Shown here: positions 18,046 to 27,106 of the stretch, one piece after another
Layout: the number at the start of each line of letters is the position of its first letter
How positions within the stretch are numbered: the first letter of the stretch is position 1
Assembly (NCBI GenBank): GCA_964394925.1
Contig: CAYMZG010000003.1
Coordinates: forward strand, 40,414 to 104,413
From: an uncultured Candidatus Saccharibacteria bacterium
Lineage (GTDB): Bacteria > Patescibacteriota > Saccharimonadia > Saccharimonadales > CAYLGV01
Length of the DNA stretch: 64,000 nt
Direction: 5' to 3'
The notes under the pieces: generated by a model
The model's database searches: none
What the model saw: the letters and a program-made list of their open reading frames with translations, nothing else
Told to the model about the DNA's origin: nothing
Program-made: the position numbers and the translations under genes

Positions 18046-18750
18046 ATGTCCAGTCACGAGTCACTAAGAACCGCATTAGAAAAAGCCGATATTCTGCACA
18101 TGTTAATGGCCGACGTACGGCCTGGTTACGAGCCACCCATGAGCTATCATAACTGGGACAGCCATATTCTGCGCGGCTTAGAACGAATTGACGAGCTTGA
18201 AGCATCAGGTATTGCAACAGATGTACAGAATTGGTTTGTGGTTCGAGCGGCATACATTGGGCACGATGTTTTCCTGACCAGTACCAAAGAAGATCCATCC
18301 TTGCTGGAAGGTTTTAGTTGTCCGGAGGAGTTATCAGCAGAAAAGACCACTGAGCTTCTCCGTTCGTACGGAGTTGAAGAAGACGTCGTCGAGCAAGTCC
18401 ATTACGCTATAATGGCGACGAATCCAAATTCACCATGCGAAACGCCAGAGGCGCGCGCTGTTTGTCGCGTTGATATTGGCAATATTGGTGATAACTTTGA
18501 TGAGTTCCTGCGAAACTTCGTACTTGTCCAACTAGAAGATAAGCGCATCGATCAGTTGATTCTCAATCCACTATCTGTGGTGCGTGCAAGTTGTGATTTC
18601 TTAAATCTATACATGAAACGTTCCACGCTGTCATTGGGCCCAGAGGATGACTTTCCCACACTTGTTGAGCAGAATCTTGCACGCATACGCTCTATGGGGG
18701 CAACCGCCATCAGGGCGGCTGTATTTCCACACATGAATCAGAGAGATTAG
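18046..18750 (+). CDS. hypothetical protein, possible HD-superfamily phosphohydrolase
   Basis: 234 aa. H...HD spacing (SYHNWDSH ... AAYIGHDVF) resembles an HD domain. Weak call. Confidence 0.5.
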   Translation: MSSHESLRTALEKADILHMLMADVRPGYEPPMSYHNWDSHILRGLERIDELEASGIATDVQNWFVVRAAYIGHDVFLTSTKEDPSLLEGFSCPEELSAEKTTELLRSYGVEEDVVEQVHYAIMATNPNSPCETPEARAVCRVDIGNIGDNFDEFLRNFVLVQLEDKRIDQLILNPLSVVRASCDFLNLYMKRSTLSLGPEDDFPTLVEQNLARIRSMGATAIRAAVFPHMNQRD

Positions 18751-18766
18751 TTGCGCAGGCTGCCAG

Positions 18767-20221
18767 TTAAACCGACAGCTGCTTCTTGATCAACTCTTGT
18801 GCCATGCCAGGGTTGGCCTTGCCTTGTGATTGTTTCATGACCTGACCAACCAAAAAGCCAATGGCTTTCATTTCACCGTTCTTAACATCTTCGGCGGCCT
18901 GCGGGTTGTCGGCCAGTACTTTAGCGACAATTTCGGCAATAGCACCTTCATCAGATACCTGTAGTACATTCTTGGCTTGAGCAATCGATTCGGCGTCGCC
19001 ACCGTTTGATAATAATTCGACAAGAATTGTCTTGGCGCCAGTGGAGCTCACTTTGTTATCTTGAGCCATTTGAGCCAGCTTCAGCAATTGCTCGCCGTTC
19101 AGCTCGAGTGTGTCCCACGTTACATCACTCTCGGTGAGCCAGGCCTGCACCTCAGTTACGAGCCAGTTGGCGATGCGCTTCACTAATTTTTTATCGGTGC
19201 CGTGCGCCATCATATCGCTCACCAGTTTACCGGCAGGGATTTCTTCTACCAGGGTTTCGATAGCTGAGTTATCAAGTTGCAGGTCACGCAGCTGGGCCCT
19301 CACGTCATCGGGCATTGGCGGCATGTTGACACGAATTTCTTCAATGGCCGCATCGGAGAGCACAATTGGCGGAATATCAGCATCGGGCATGTAACGGTAG
19401 TCGTGCGCTTCCTCCTTGCTGCGCTGTGTGTTGGTTCGCTGCTTCGCTTCGTCCCAACCGCGCGTTTCCTGCGTAATAGTGCCACCTTTTTCCAACACTT
19501 CTATTTGGCGAATGATCTCATACTCGGCTGCTTTTTCAACACTCTTAAAGCTATTAAGGTTCTTGGTTTCGGTACGCGTACCAAGTGCATCGGTTTTACT
19601 CACACTTACATTAACGTCGAAACGCATGTTGCCGTAGTACAAGTTAGCATCCGATACATCAGCGTAACGCATGCGCAGGTATAGTTCTCGAGCATAGGCG
19701 CGTGCCTCTTGCGGCGTATGTAGGTCTGGGTCAGACACAATTTCGAGCAGCGGCGTGCCAGCACGGTTTAGATCAACGAGGCTGTAGTCTTTGCCAGCGG
19801 GGTGCACGCTCTTGCCGGCGTCAGCCTCCAGGTGGGCTTCGTGAATACCAATCGTCTTGGTTTCGCCGTCAATGGTAATTGTCACTGAGCCGTCTTTAAT
19901 AATCGGGTCATAGAACTGTGTGATCTGGTAGCCCATGGGAAGATCGGGGTAAAAATAATGCTTGCGATCAAACTTACTGAACTTTTGCGGTGGTGTGCCA
20001 AGGGCAAAAGCTGCTTTCATAGCTAGCTCAACGGCTTTTTCGTTTAAGACTGGTAAGGCACCAGGCATGCCAAGGTCAATGTGACTAATAAGGGTGTTGG
20101 GCGCGGCCTCACGAGCATCATTGTCGACGGCCGAAAACAGCTTGGTTTTGGTCTTCAGCTGCACGTGGCACTCAATGCCAATCGTAACCTTGTATTGCTT
20201 ACGAATATCGGCACCGATCAT
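18767..20221 (-). CDS. gatB: Asp-tRNA(Asn)/Glu-tRNA(Gln) amidotransferase subunit B
   Basis: 484 aa with GIECHVQL, MPGALPVLN and a C-terminal YqeY-like tail. Confidence 0.96.
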   Translation of the reverse strand: MIGADIRKQYKVTIGIECHVQLKTKTKLFSAVDNDAREAAPNTLISHIDLGMPGALPVLNEKAVELAMKAAFALGTPPQKFSKFDRKHYFYPDLPMGYQITQFYDPIIKDGSVTITIDGETKTIGIHEAHLEADAGKSVHPAGKDYSLVDLNRAGTPLLEIVSDPDLHTPQEARAYARELYLRMRYADVSDANLYYGNMRFDVNVSVSKTDALGTRTETKNLNSFKSVEKAAEYEIIRQIEVLEKGGTITQETRGWDEAKQRTNTQRSKEEAHDYRYMPDADIPPIVLSDAAIEEIRVNMPPMPDDVRAQLRDLQLDNSAIETLVEEIPAGKLVSDMMAHGTDKKLVKRIANWLVTEVQAWLTESDVTWDTLELNGEQLLKLAQMAQDNKVSSTGAKTILVELLSNGGDAESIAQAKNVLQVSDEGAIAEIVAKVLADNPQAAEDVKNGEMKAIGFLVGQVMKQSQGKANPGMAQELIKKQLSV

Positions 20222-20679
20222 GCTTTGCCCTCGGGCAGCTTTTCAATTGGTTTATCGGTCGGCTTTGAAGATGGCAAGGCACCAATGTCGCGCAGGGCTT
20301 GTCGAAAACCAATCAATGCATCTTTCACGTCAGATTCCTTCGGACGCTTTACATCTCCGGCTATGAGTTTTTTAACATAGTTATGAGCAAACCACACGTC
20401 ATCATTATTCGTAAATAAGCGCTGGGCGCTCACCAGTCGCTCACCCATGGTCTTGCCCTTCATACGTCGACGCTTCAGGGCTTTGTCGAGCAGCTCATCG
20501 GCTTGTGTGAGCAATGTTGGCCAGTTAGCTTTGTCTTTGCACATAGCCTGAATCGACTGCCAGTCGTCGGTGAATTTGTCGGTTTTGAGCTTGCGGGGAC
20601 GTTTTTTAAACACAATCAAAGCTATGATAGCCAAAACAACCAGCGCACTGCCTGCCGCTGCGATAAGTCCTATATTCAT
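20218..20679 (-). CDS. membrane-anchored hypothetical protein inserted between gatA and gatB
   Basis: 153 aa with an N-terminal TM helix (IGLIAAAGSALVVLAIIALIVF) and a basic helical cytoplasmic domain. 4-nt overlaps at both ends (20676-20679 and 20218-20221). Confidence 0.7.
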   Translation of the reverse strand: MNIGLIAAAGSALVVLAIIALIVFKKRPRKLKTDKFTDDWQSIQAMCKDKANWPTLLTQADELLDKALKRRRMKGKTMGERLVSAQRLFTNNDDVWFAHNYVKKLIAGDVKRPKESDVKDALIGFRQALRDIGALPSSKPTDKPIEKLPEGKA

Positions 20680-22130
20680 ACCAGTAGCTCCTCGAGTTTA
20701 TGAGCCGCACCTAGTAGCTGGCGATCAGCATGTTGCGGCGCCATCAACTGAACACCGACCGGCAAGCCGTTTACCGTGCCGCCAGGAATACTTATGGCAG
20801 GAATACCGACCAAGTTAACCGCCACTGTCATGATGTCGGTCAAGTACATCTGAAGCGGGTCGTCAACATTTTCACCAATCTTAAAGGCAGTAACGGGCGC
20901 GGTGGGGCCAAGCAGAAAATCAACATCCGAAAACGCTTTATTGAACTCTTCGGTAAGTTTGGTGCGAATCTGTTGAGCGCGGTTGTAGTAAGCGTCGTAG
21001 TAGCCGCTACTCAGTACATAGGTGCCGATCATAATGCGGCGCTTGGCCTCTTTACCAAAACCAGTACTCCGTGCGAGGTTATAGGAATCGTCTACTGTTT
21101 TAGCGTCTTCATGGCTAAAGCCATAACGCTGACCATCATAACGGCTCAGATTACTGCTCACTTCCGCAGGGCAAATGATGTAGTAACACGCCAGGGCTAG
21201 TGGCAACGAAGGCAGACTCACCTCAATAACTTCGGCACCGGCTGCCTTTAGTTTGTCGGCAGCTTTCAAAACCACATCTTTTATTTCACCGGTTAACTCA
21301 TCAGTCATATACTCTTTGATCAATCCGACTTTTTTGCCGCTTAGGTCGCTAGGGAGTTCGCTATAGCTATACTGGTCACGGTCGATCGTTGTACCATCTA
21401 GCTCATCCTTGCCCGACATTACATCAAGCACGAGTGCGGTATCTTCAACAGTCCGGGTAATTGGACCGATAACATCGGTGCTACTGGCCATTGCCACCAC
21501 GCCACTACGCGAAACCAGACCATAGGTTGGCTTATAACCAACGGCTCCTGTAAAGGCTGCCGGCAAACGTATTGACCCGCCCGTATCAGTACCTAGTGCG
21601 AATGGCGCAAGATCAAGCATCACCGCCGCAGCCGAGCCGCCAGAAGAACCACCAGGCACGCGCTCGGGATCAACGGGATTCTTAGTAGTCATGAAGTCGC
21701 TGTTTTCGGTACTCGAACCATGGGCGAAGGCGTCGAGGTTGGCCTTAGCAACCACAATTGCCCCCTCGGCCTCCAGCCGTTCAATAGCGGTCGCCTGATA
21801 CGGTGCCTCAAAGCCTTTCAATATGTTACTTGCAGCTGTGGTTTCGCTGCCAAAAGTCAGGAAGTTGTCTTTGGCGATAAATGGTACGCCAGCCAGCCTG
21901 CCGACTTTTTCACCCTGAGCAATGCGTTCATCGATGTTTTTAGCACGTTCTTTTGCCCTTTTTTCGGTCGTTGCTATGACCGTGTTATATTCACTTTTGT
22001 CTTCAATGGCTTGTAAAGCGCGAGCCACTAAGTCCGTAGCTTTTATTGTACCCGCCTGCACATCACTTGCAATACTTTTTATGCTTGGCCACTGGCTGTG
22101 GCCCTGATCAGTCTTCTGGCCGTTGCTCAT
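20676..22130 (-). CDS. gatA: Asp-tRNA(Asn)/Glu-tRNA(Gln) amidotransferase subunit A
   Basis: 484 aa with the amidase signature GGSSGGSAAAV...GTDTGGSIR. Confidence 0.96.
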   Translation of the reverse strand: MSNGQKTDQGHSQWPSIKSIASDVQAGTIKATDLVARALQAIEDKSEYNTVIATTEKRAKERAKNIDERIAQGEKVGRLAGVPFIAKDNFLTFGSETTAASNILKGFEAPYQATAIERLEAEGAIVVAKANLDAFAHGSSTENSDFMTTKNPVDPERVPGGSSGGSAAAVMLDLAPFALGTDTGGSIRLPAAFTGAVGYKPTYGLVSRSGVVAMASSTDVIGPITRTVEDTALVLDVMSGKDELDGTTIDRDQYSYSELPSDLSGKKVGLIKEYMTDELTGEIKDVVLKAADKLKAAGAEVIEVSLPSLPLALACYYIICPAEVSSNLSRYDGQRYGFSHEDAKTVDDSYNLARSTGFGKEAKRRIMIGTYVLSSGYYDAYYNRAQQIRTKLTEEFNKAFSDVDFLLGPTAPVTAFKIGENVDDPLQMYLTDIMTVAVNLVGIPAISIPGGTVNGLPVGVQLMAPQHADRQLLGAAHKLEELLV

Positions 22131-22420
22131 CCGACCATCCGCTTCACTTTAATGTGATCATCTTCCACATCTGGCGCATTTTTTAGTAGATCGGCGGGTT
22201 TGTAACCGTAGTCCTTAATAGCATCTTGGCGCATCACATTTGTAAGACCCGTTACCTGATAGGTCGGCATTGTGCTCTCAACATCAACGTTTTGCAACTG
22301 CTCAGCGTACTGCAAAATAGCCGAGATCTCCTCGGTGAATTCATCGATCTCGTCGTCAGTTAAGCTAAGTCGCGCGAGTCGCGCCAATTTTAATACATCA
22401 TCCCGCGAAAGTTTTGCCAT
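22127..22420 (-). CDS. gatC: Asp-tRNA(Asn)/Glu-tRNA(Gln) amidotransferase subunit C
   Basis: 97 aa reading VLKLARLARLSLTDDEIDEFTEEISAILQYAEQL. 4-nt overlap with gatA. Confidence 0.93.
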   Translation of the reverse strand: MAKLSRDDVLKLARLARLSLTDDEIDEFTEEISAILQYAEQLQNVDVESTMPTYQVTGLTNVMRQDAIKDYGYKPADLLKNAPDVEDDHIKVKRMVG

Positions 22421-22428
22421 TTGGGACC

Positions 22429-22437
22429 ATTATAGCA
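22429..22437 (-). promoter_or_regulatory. extended -10 (TGcTATAAT) 8 nt upstream of gatC ATG; leaderless candidate
   Basis: Minus strand reads TGcTATAATggtcccaaATG, with no SD. Confidence 0.5.
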
Positions 22438-22456
22438 GAGGTGCCCACGAATTGTC

Positions 22457-22472
22457 TTTACAAACTTGTAAA
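22457..22472. promoter_or_regulatory. perfect inverted repeat TTTACAA-AC-TTGTAAA in the gatC / 359-aa-ORF divergent region
   Basis: Read directly. Sits about 20 nt upstream of the gatC -10 box. Confidence 0.35.
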
Positions 22473-22527
22473 ACAGGACTAGCATAAGCTTAAAGGTAAG
22501 AGATCTTACGAAAATAGAGAATATGGC

Positions 22528-23607
22528 ATGTCACTTATAAGGTTTCCAGGCGCAAATAGCGCACCATCACATTCACCAGAATACGTACACCCTTGCGAAA
22601 GCGAGGGTGTTTCTTTTAATAACGTTGTTAGTATCGATCCGTCGATTAGAAGCTTGGAGCATGAGCCGCTACCAACATTTCCCCTGCTTGAACTTGAGGT
22701 TAAAACAGTGCGTCGCAGAAAAGATTTAGATAATCCGCATGCTCAATTCTACGAACGTGAGCTAGAGCTAAGCGATGGCACCAGGTTCAAAGATTATACC
22801 GGTATCACAGACAACCCTATAAACCCGTGGCCTGTTGTTAAAGTCCCGGCTTGGTGGACCGACCCAATTAATGGCTTTAATAAACGTACGACCGATAAAC
22901 TTAACGCACTTGGTCGGCATACCCACACCGTTGGCATCCCAGAGAATAAACCGGCGTCCTTGTATCACAATGCATGGATGGTGCATTTGGCGATAGATAG
23001 TACCGGGGTGGAATTTGGGGCTGATTTGGATACCACAATCATCGATCAGGAGGGTGACTCCAATGGCGCCATCACCGGACACGGTGTCATGGCTTATGCG
23101 CCTGACTTTGAAAGGACTGTGCGAGATGCCTATCTTGTTGACCAGTGTCTGATGCGACCAATTGGGAAGCCGGACATTATTAAGTTCTTCAAACACCCCG
23201 ATTATGGTGTGCGTGAATTGTATTGCCTCGCCCGGCAAATTAAACGCATGGCCCAAGATGATGCTGAAAATATACGTGATTACGTAGGCACCATCAGTTT
23301 TACTCCCCAGTTCCTGGTTGGAAATCTGCTCTTAGCACGCCAACTTTTCTGGGGTGAACAAGGACACTTAGTGGCCCATATCCCTGATGATCAACGGAGC
23401 CATGATCGACTCTTTAGTTATAGTATTGCCAATCAGAAACAATACTTCGCCGAGGTGCTACGCGGATCAAGCCTGAATGCCCGCCCTGGTATGACATACG
23501 ATGTTATAACAGGAACCCATATGTCGATTGCGAATCCACGTATCGTAGATGATAAAGTGACCTACATTGCCCGTATCGATCGCCCTGACTTTACGATGGC
23601 AGCTTAA
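22528..23607 (+). CDS. hypothetical protein, possible serine hydrolase (GDSNG nucleophile-elbow-like motif)
   Basis: 359 aa. IIDQEGDSNGAITGHG resembles a GxSxG elbow, with later candidate Asp/His residues (HIPDD, GTHMS). Function call is weak. Confidence 0.55.
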   Translation: MSLIRFPGANSAPSHSPEYVHPCESEGVSFNNVVSIDPSIRSLEHEPLPTFPLLELEVKTVRRRKDLDNPHAQFYERELELSDGTRFKDYTGITDNPINPWPVVKVPAWWTDPINGFNKRTTDKLNALGRHTHTVGIPENKPASLYHNAWMVHLAIDSTGVEFGADLDTTIIDQEGDSNGAITGHGVMAYAPDFERTVRDAYLVDQCLMRPIGKPDIIKFFKHPDYGVRELYCLARQIKRMAQDDAENIRDYVGTISFTPQFLVGNLLLARQLFWGEQGHLVAHIPDDQRSHDRLFSYSIANQKQYFAEVLRGSSLNARPGMTYDVITGTHMSIANPRIVDDKVTYIARIDRPDFTMAA

Positions 23608-23616
23608 TACTAGCCA

Positions 23617-24393
23617 TTAGTCTACTGAAATCACCTGCATGCGCTGCGTCCAGCTTTCATATACCACCGAAAAGCCACGGTCATGGCCGCCAGCAAGAAG
23701 CAAATGCTGACCACTGTTAAGACTGCGTATATCAAGGTCTTCGGTGTCAAGGTGAAAGTGTCCAGAAATTAACCGCTTAGTAAGGCCTGAACGGACCAGG
23801 TTTACTGCGTGCGGCGTAACCTGCGCCTCGCCAAGTTGCTGTGGCATAAGATACTGAGCGCTCCATCCCCAATAATGCCCCTCGAGGTTTCGAGCCCGTT
23901 CAGCGTCAAGTTCAGCCTTCTGAGCTCCCCAGGGCTCGGCGGTTACATCTGCGTGCAGCACAACAAAGTCGTCTGCTTCGAAATACATAGGCGACTCTCG
24001 GAGTAGTGCCAGGTGACCAAGTGCATCCATTCTGTCTCGTAATTTATGAGCATTGTCGGGGGTTGGCCCACCGTAAATGCTATACGATTCTAGCGTGCCT
24101 CGGTGGATGCCGCGCCATACATTCACAATATCTCGCCGGCGTTCGGCACCGACTGCGTCTTCTTCTGCTTCAAGCATTGAACCAAGCAAGTACTGCTCAT
24201 GGTTACCTCTTACAAGAACACCATCAACAGAGATAATTCGATCAAGTAGCTGGTTAACGCCGGGCCCATCGACCGCATCACCTGCAATGACGTATTGCAC
24301 GTCATCACCGTACGCACGACAGATTGTCTCAAAGAGTGCCACATTGCCATGGGGGTCTGGTACCACCACAAACTTTTCGGGCATATTACTCAT
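23617..24393 (-). CDS. calcineurin-like metallophosphoesterase (PPP / ApaH-PrpE-like)
   Basis: 258 aa with VVPDPHGN, GDAVDGPG (GDxxDRG-like), RGNHEQ, VVLHAD and SGHFH. Confidence 0.85.
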   Translation of the reverse strand: MSNMPEKFVVVPDPHGNVALFETICRAYGDDVQYVIAGDAVDGPGVNQLLDRIISVDGVLVRGNHEQYLLGSMLEAEEDAVGAERRRDIVNVWRGIHRGTLESYSIYGGPTPDNAHKLRDRMDALGHLALLRESPMYFEADDFVVLHADVTAEPWGAQKAELDAERARNLEGHYWGWSAQYLMPQQLGEAQVTPHAVNLVRSGLTKRLISGHFHLDTEDLDIRSLNSGQHLLLAGGHDRGFSVVYESWTQRMQVISVD

Positions 24394-24455
24394 AGCCGTA
24401 GAAGTCTACTCTGTTACGAATAAAAATTCAATACAATATTTTTGATAAATAGCAA

Positions 24456-26423
24456 TTACGGTAATTTGGCTTTTATGTCGGCAATAATGTCGCGTAGCTC
24501 TGCGGCTTTTTCAAACTCCAAATTAGCGGCCGCCAGATCCATTTGGGCATTCAGATCTTTCAGAAGATGGCCGTACTCATCTTTCGGAATCTTCTTAAGG
24601 TCGAGTTTGGCTTTCTTGGCCTCCTCTGGCAGATCAGGCCTAAGACCCTTTTCGATAGCCTTGGCAATACCTTGCGGCGTGATGCCATGCTCGTCATTGT
24701 ATTGCTGCTGGATTTCACGGCGACGATTTGTTTCATCAACCGCTCGTTTCATGCTTCCCGTAATGGTGTCGGCGTACATGAGTACGCGACCTTCAACATG
24801 GCGTGCAGCACGGCCAATAGTCTGGACCAGGGCTTGCTCACTGCGTAAGAACCCTTCTTTATCAGCATCGAGAATTGCTACTAAGCTAACTTCTGGCAAA
24901 TCGAGCCCTTCGCGTAAGAGGTTTATGCCCACCACAACGTCGTACACCCCGAGGCGTAGATCACGCAGTATGTCGGTGCGATCAAGCGTATCAACGTCAC
25001 TATGCAAATACGTCACCTTAATGTTAATGTCTTGCAAATACTCGGTTAAGTCTTCAGCCATGCGTTTAGTGAGTGTGGTTACCAGCACGCGTTGGTGCTT
25101 GTCGATGGTCTCGCGAATTTCACTAATCAGGTCGTCAATTTGACCATCGATCGGCCGCACCTCAATCTGCGGATCTATCAGTCCGGTTGGGCGAATGACT
25201 TGCTGAACAGGTTCAGGACTACGCGAAAGCTCATACTCTGCTGGGGTAGCGCTCACATACACCACCTGATTCACATGCTTTTCAAACTCGGTGAACGTAA
25301 GCGGACGATTGTCGAGGGCGCTTGGCAAGCGGAAACCGTGCTCCACGAGGACTTCTTTGCGTGCCCTGTCACCGTTATACATACCCCTAATCTGGGGTAC
25401 CGTCATATGTGACTCATCGATCATCATCAAAAAGTCATCAGGAAAATAATCAAGCAGTGTGGCTGGCTGCTCGCCCGGTTCGCGGTTGGTGAGGTAACGA
25501 CTATAGTTCTCGATGCCTTTCACAAACCCTGTTTCTTGCAGCATTTCCAGATCAAAGCGGGTACGCTGTTCAAGCCGTTGGGCTTCGAGTAATTGGCCAT
25601 GGCTCTTAAACAGTCTAAGCCGCTCATCGAGCTCGTTCTCAATGTGTCCCAGAGCAACCTTTAGTTTGTCTTGCGGCGTCACGTAGTGACTGCTTGGAAA
25701 CACTTTTAGCTCATCCAGATTTGCGAGTATTTCACCCGTTAACGGATCCACCTTCGTTATACGATCGACTTCGTCACCAAAGAACTCTACTCGGTAGGCA
25801 AACTCTTCGCTGGCTGGAAAAACGTCCACCACATCACCACGGACTCGGAAGGTGCCACGGTGGAAATCAATATCATTGCGCTGATACTGGATATCAGTTA
25901 ACTGGCGAAGGAGTTTATCGCGCAAGCGGCGTTCTCCCTTTTTCATGTCTACCGAGAGACCGTCGTAGTCATCAACCGAGCCAATGCCGTATATACAGCT
26001 CACGCTGGCCACAATAATAACGTCTTTGCGCGTCAGGAGCGCATCGGTTGCAGCGTGCCTTAAACGATCAATTTCTTCGTTAATCTGTGAGTCTTTCTCA
26101 ATATAGGTGTCCGAACGCGGGATATACGCCTCTGGCTGGTAATAATCGAAGTAGCTCACAAAATAATGCACGGCATTATCGGGGAAGAAACTCTTAAACT
26201 CGCTATACAGCTGGGCCGCCAAGGTCTTGTTATGGCTCAAAATCAGCGTTGGCTTCTGCACGTTTTCAATCACATTCGCCATGGTAAAAGTCTTGCCGCT
26301 ACCCGTGACTCCTAGCAAAACCTGTTCTTTTACACCTTTCACAACATTATCAGTCAATTTAGCAATCGCCGCCGGCTGATCGCCTTGTGGTGTATAGTCT
26401 GACTTGATTTTGAGCTTGCTCAT
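24456..26423 (-). CDS. uvrB: excinuclease ABC subunit B
   Basis: 655 aa with [10 protein letters not shown], a DESH box and a C-terminal UVR motif (FEKAAELRD). Confidence 0.97.
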   Translation of the reverse strand: MSKLKIKSDYTPQGDQPAAIAKLTDNVVKGVKEQVLLGVTGSGKTFTMANVIENVQKPTLILSHNKTLAAQLYSEFKSFFPDNAVHYFVSYFDYYQPEAYIPRSDTYIEKDSQINEEIDRLRHAATDALLTRKDVIIVASVSCIYGIGSVDDYDGLSVDMKKGERRLRDKLLRQLTDIQYQRNDIDFHRGTFRVRGDVVDVFPASEEFAYRVEFFGDEVDRITKVDPLTGEILANLDELKVFPSSHYVTPQDKLKVALGHIENELDERLRLFKSHGQLLEAQRLEQRTRFDLEMLQETGFVKGIENYSRYLTNREPGEQPATLLDYFPDDFLMMIDESHMTVPQIRGMYNGDRARKEVLVEHGFRLPSALDNRPLTFTEFEKHVNQVVYVSATPAEYELSRSPEPVQQVIRPTGLIDPQIEVRPIDGQIDDLISEIRETIDKHQRVLVTTLTKRMAEDLTEYLQDINIKVTYLHSDVDTLDRTDILRDLRLGVYDVVVGINLLREGLDLPEVSLVAILDADKEGFLRSEQALVQTIGRAARHVEGRVLMYADTITGSMKRAVDETNRRREIQQQYNDEHGITPQGIAKAIEKGLRPDLPEEAKKAKLDLKKIPKDEYGHLLKDLNAQMDLAAANLEFEKAAELRDIIADIKAKLP

Positions 26424-26429
26424 CCTGAT

Positions 26430-26438
26430 ATTGTAGCA
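26430..26438 (-). promoter_or_regulatory. extended -10 (TGcTACAAT) 6 nt upstream of uvrB ATG; leaderless candidate
   Basis: Minus strand reads TGcTACAATatcaggATG. Confidence 0.5.
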
Positions 26439-26491
26439 ACTATTGACTCATGCTGATACAGCCCTTAATATTTACAAATAATCAATATGAG

Positions 26492-26497
26492 TATATT
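26492..26497 (+). promoter_or_regulatory. -10-like TATATT 8 nt upstream of ATG 26506; possible leaderless start
   Basis: TATATTatacatttATG. An alternative upstream TTGACT-17-TAATAT promoter is also present at about 26443-26471. Confidence 0.3.
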
Positions 26498-26505
26498 ATA
26501 CATTT

Positions 26506-27057
26506 ATGAAACATTCATCACGATCAACCAGGCCAAAATCACCATATGAAAAAGCTGGCAATATCTTAAAGATATATGCAGAAAAGCACCAGGGTCACCC
26601 AGTCATAGGACCACTGTTATGTACTACGACAGTTGTTGTAGAATATGGTGATACCCTGAAAAACAGCAAGAAGTTTTTTAGTGCAAGGCTCGATCAAGAG
26701 GACCTACCGGTATTTAGAGTTGACTACAGTCGAGGACCACTTGGAGACTCTATGACACTAGAGAGGATAGCAACAAGAAACGTCACTGCGGGTGGCTTAA
26801 TAGAGGTGGACGCTATTTCACTTGACATTGAACTGTATGGATCTCCTTCAGATGGTGATGCTTTTATGATCACTGGTCGTGTACCAGTAGACGCAGTGCC
26901 ACGCCCGGTCTTGAGCAATGAGTGGGAAAACCTTGCAATGCTGGACGGTTACTTTAGTGGCGTCACTCCTGTCAGCGCAAATGAGCTTATTCACCGAGGC
27001 AGCGCAATGTATGAGGAATTGACTAAAGCTGGCCTTGTAGCGCATAGCCAAACTTGA
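26506..27057 (+). CDS. hypothetical protein, 183 aa
   Basis: ORF track. No motif recognised. AGA/AGG/ATA/CTA-rich codon usage. Convergent with the 565-aa gene. Confidence 0.6.
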   Translation: MKHSSRSTRPKSPYEKAGNILKIYAEKHQGHPVIGPLLCTTTVVVEYGDTLKNSKKFFSARLDQEDLPVFRVDYSRGPLGDSMTLERIATRNVTAGGLIEVDAISLDIELYGSPSDGDAFMITGRVPVDAVPRPVLSNEWENLAMLDGYFSGVTPVSANELIHRGSAMYEELTKAGLVAHSQT

Positions 27058-27106
27058 TGCGGGTTTGCCCATCTTTGCATTGTGGTAGGATTATTCGCCG
27101 TAGGGA

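Noticed and set aside
24442-25143. 233-aa plus-strand ORF (Ser/Arg-rich) and similar long antisense ORFs (8449-9024 minus, 34359-35027 plus, 13547-14110 plus, 20730-21200 plus)
   Set aside because: Each lies entirely antisense to a well-supported conserved gene (uvrB, malic enzyme, transketolase, dnaE, gatA). They have low-complexity composition and no SD or -10 signal, so they are typical shadow ORFs.
27058-27106. Possible bidirectional terminator between the convergent 183-aa and 565-aa genes (GCGGGTTTGCCC)
   Set aside because: Only a 3-bp GGG/CCC stem can form, which is too weak to call.
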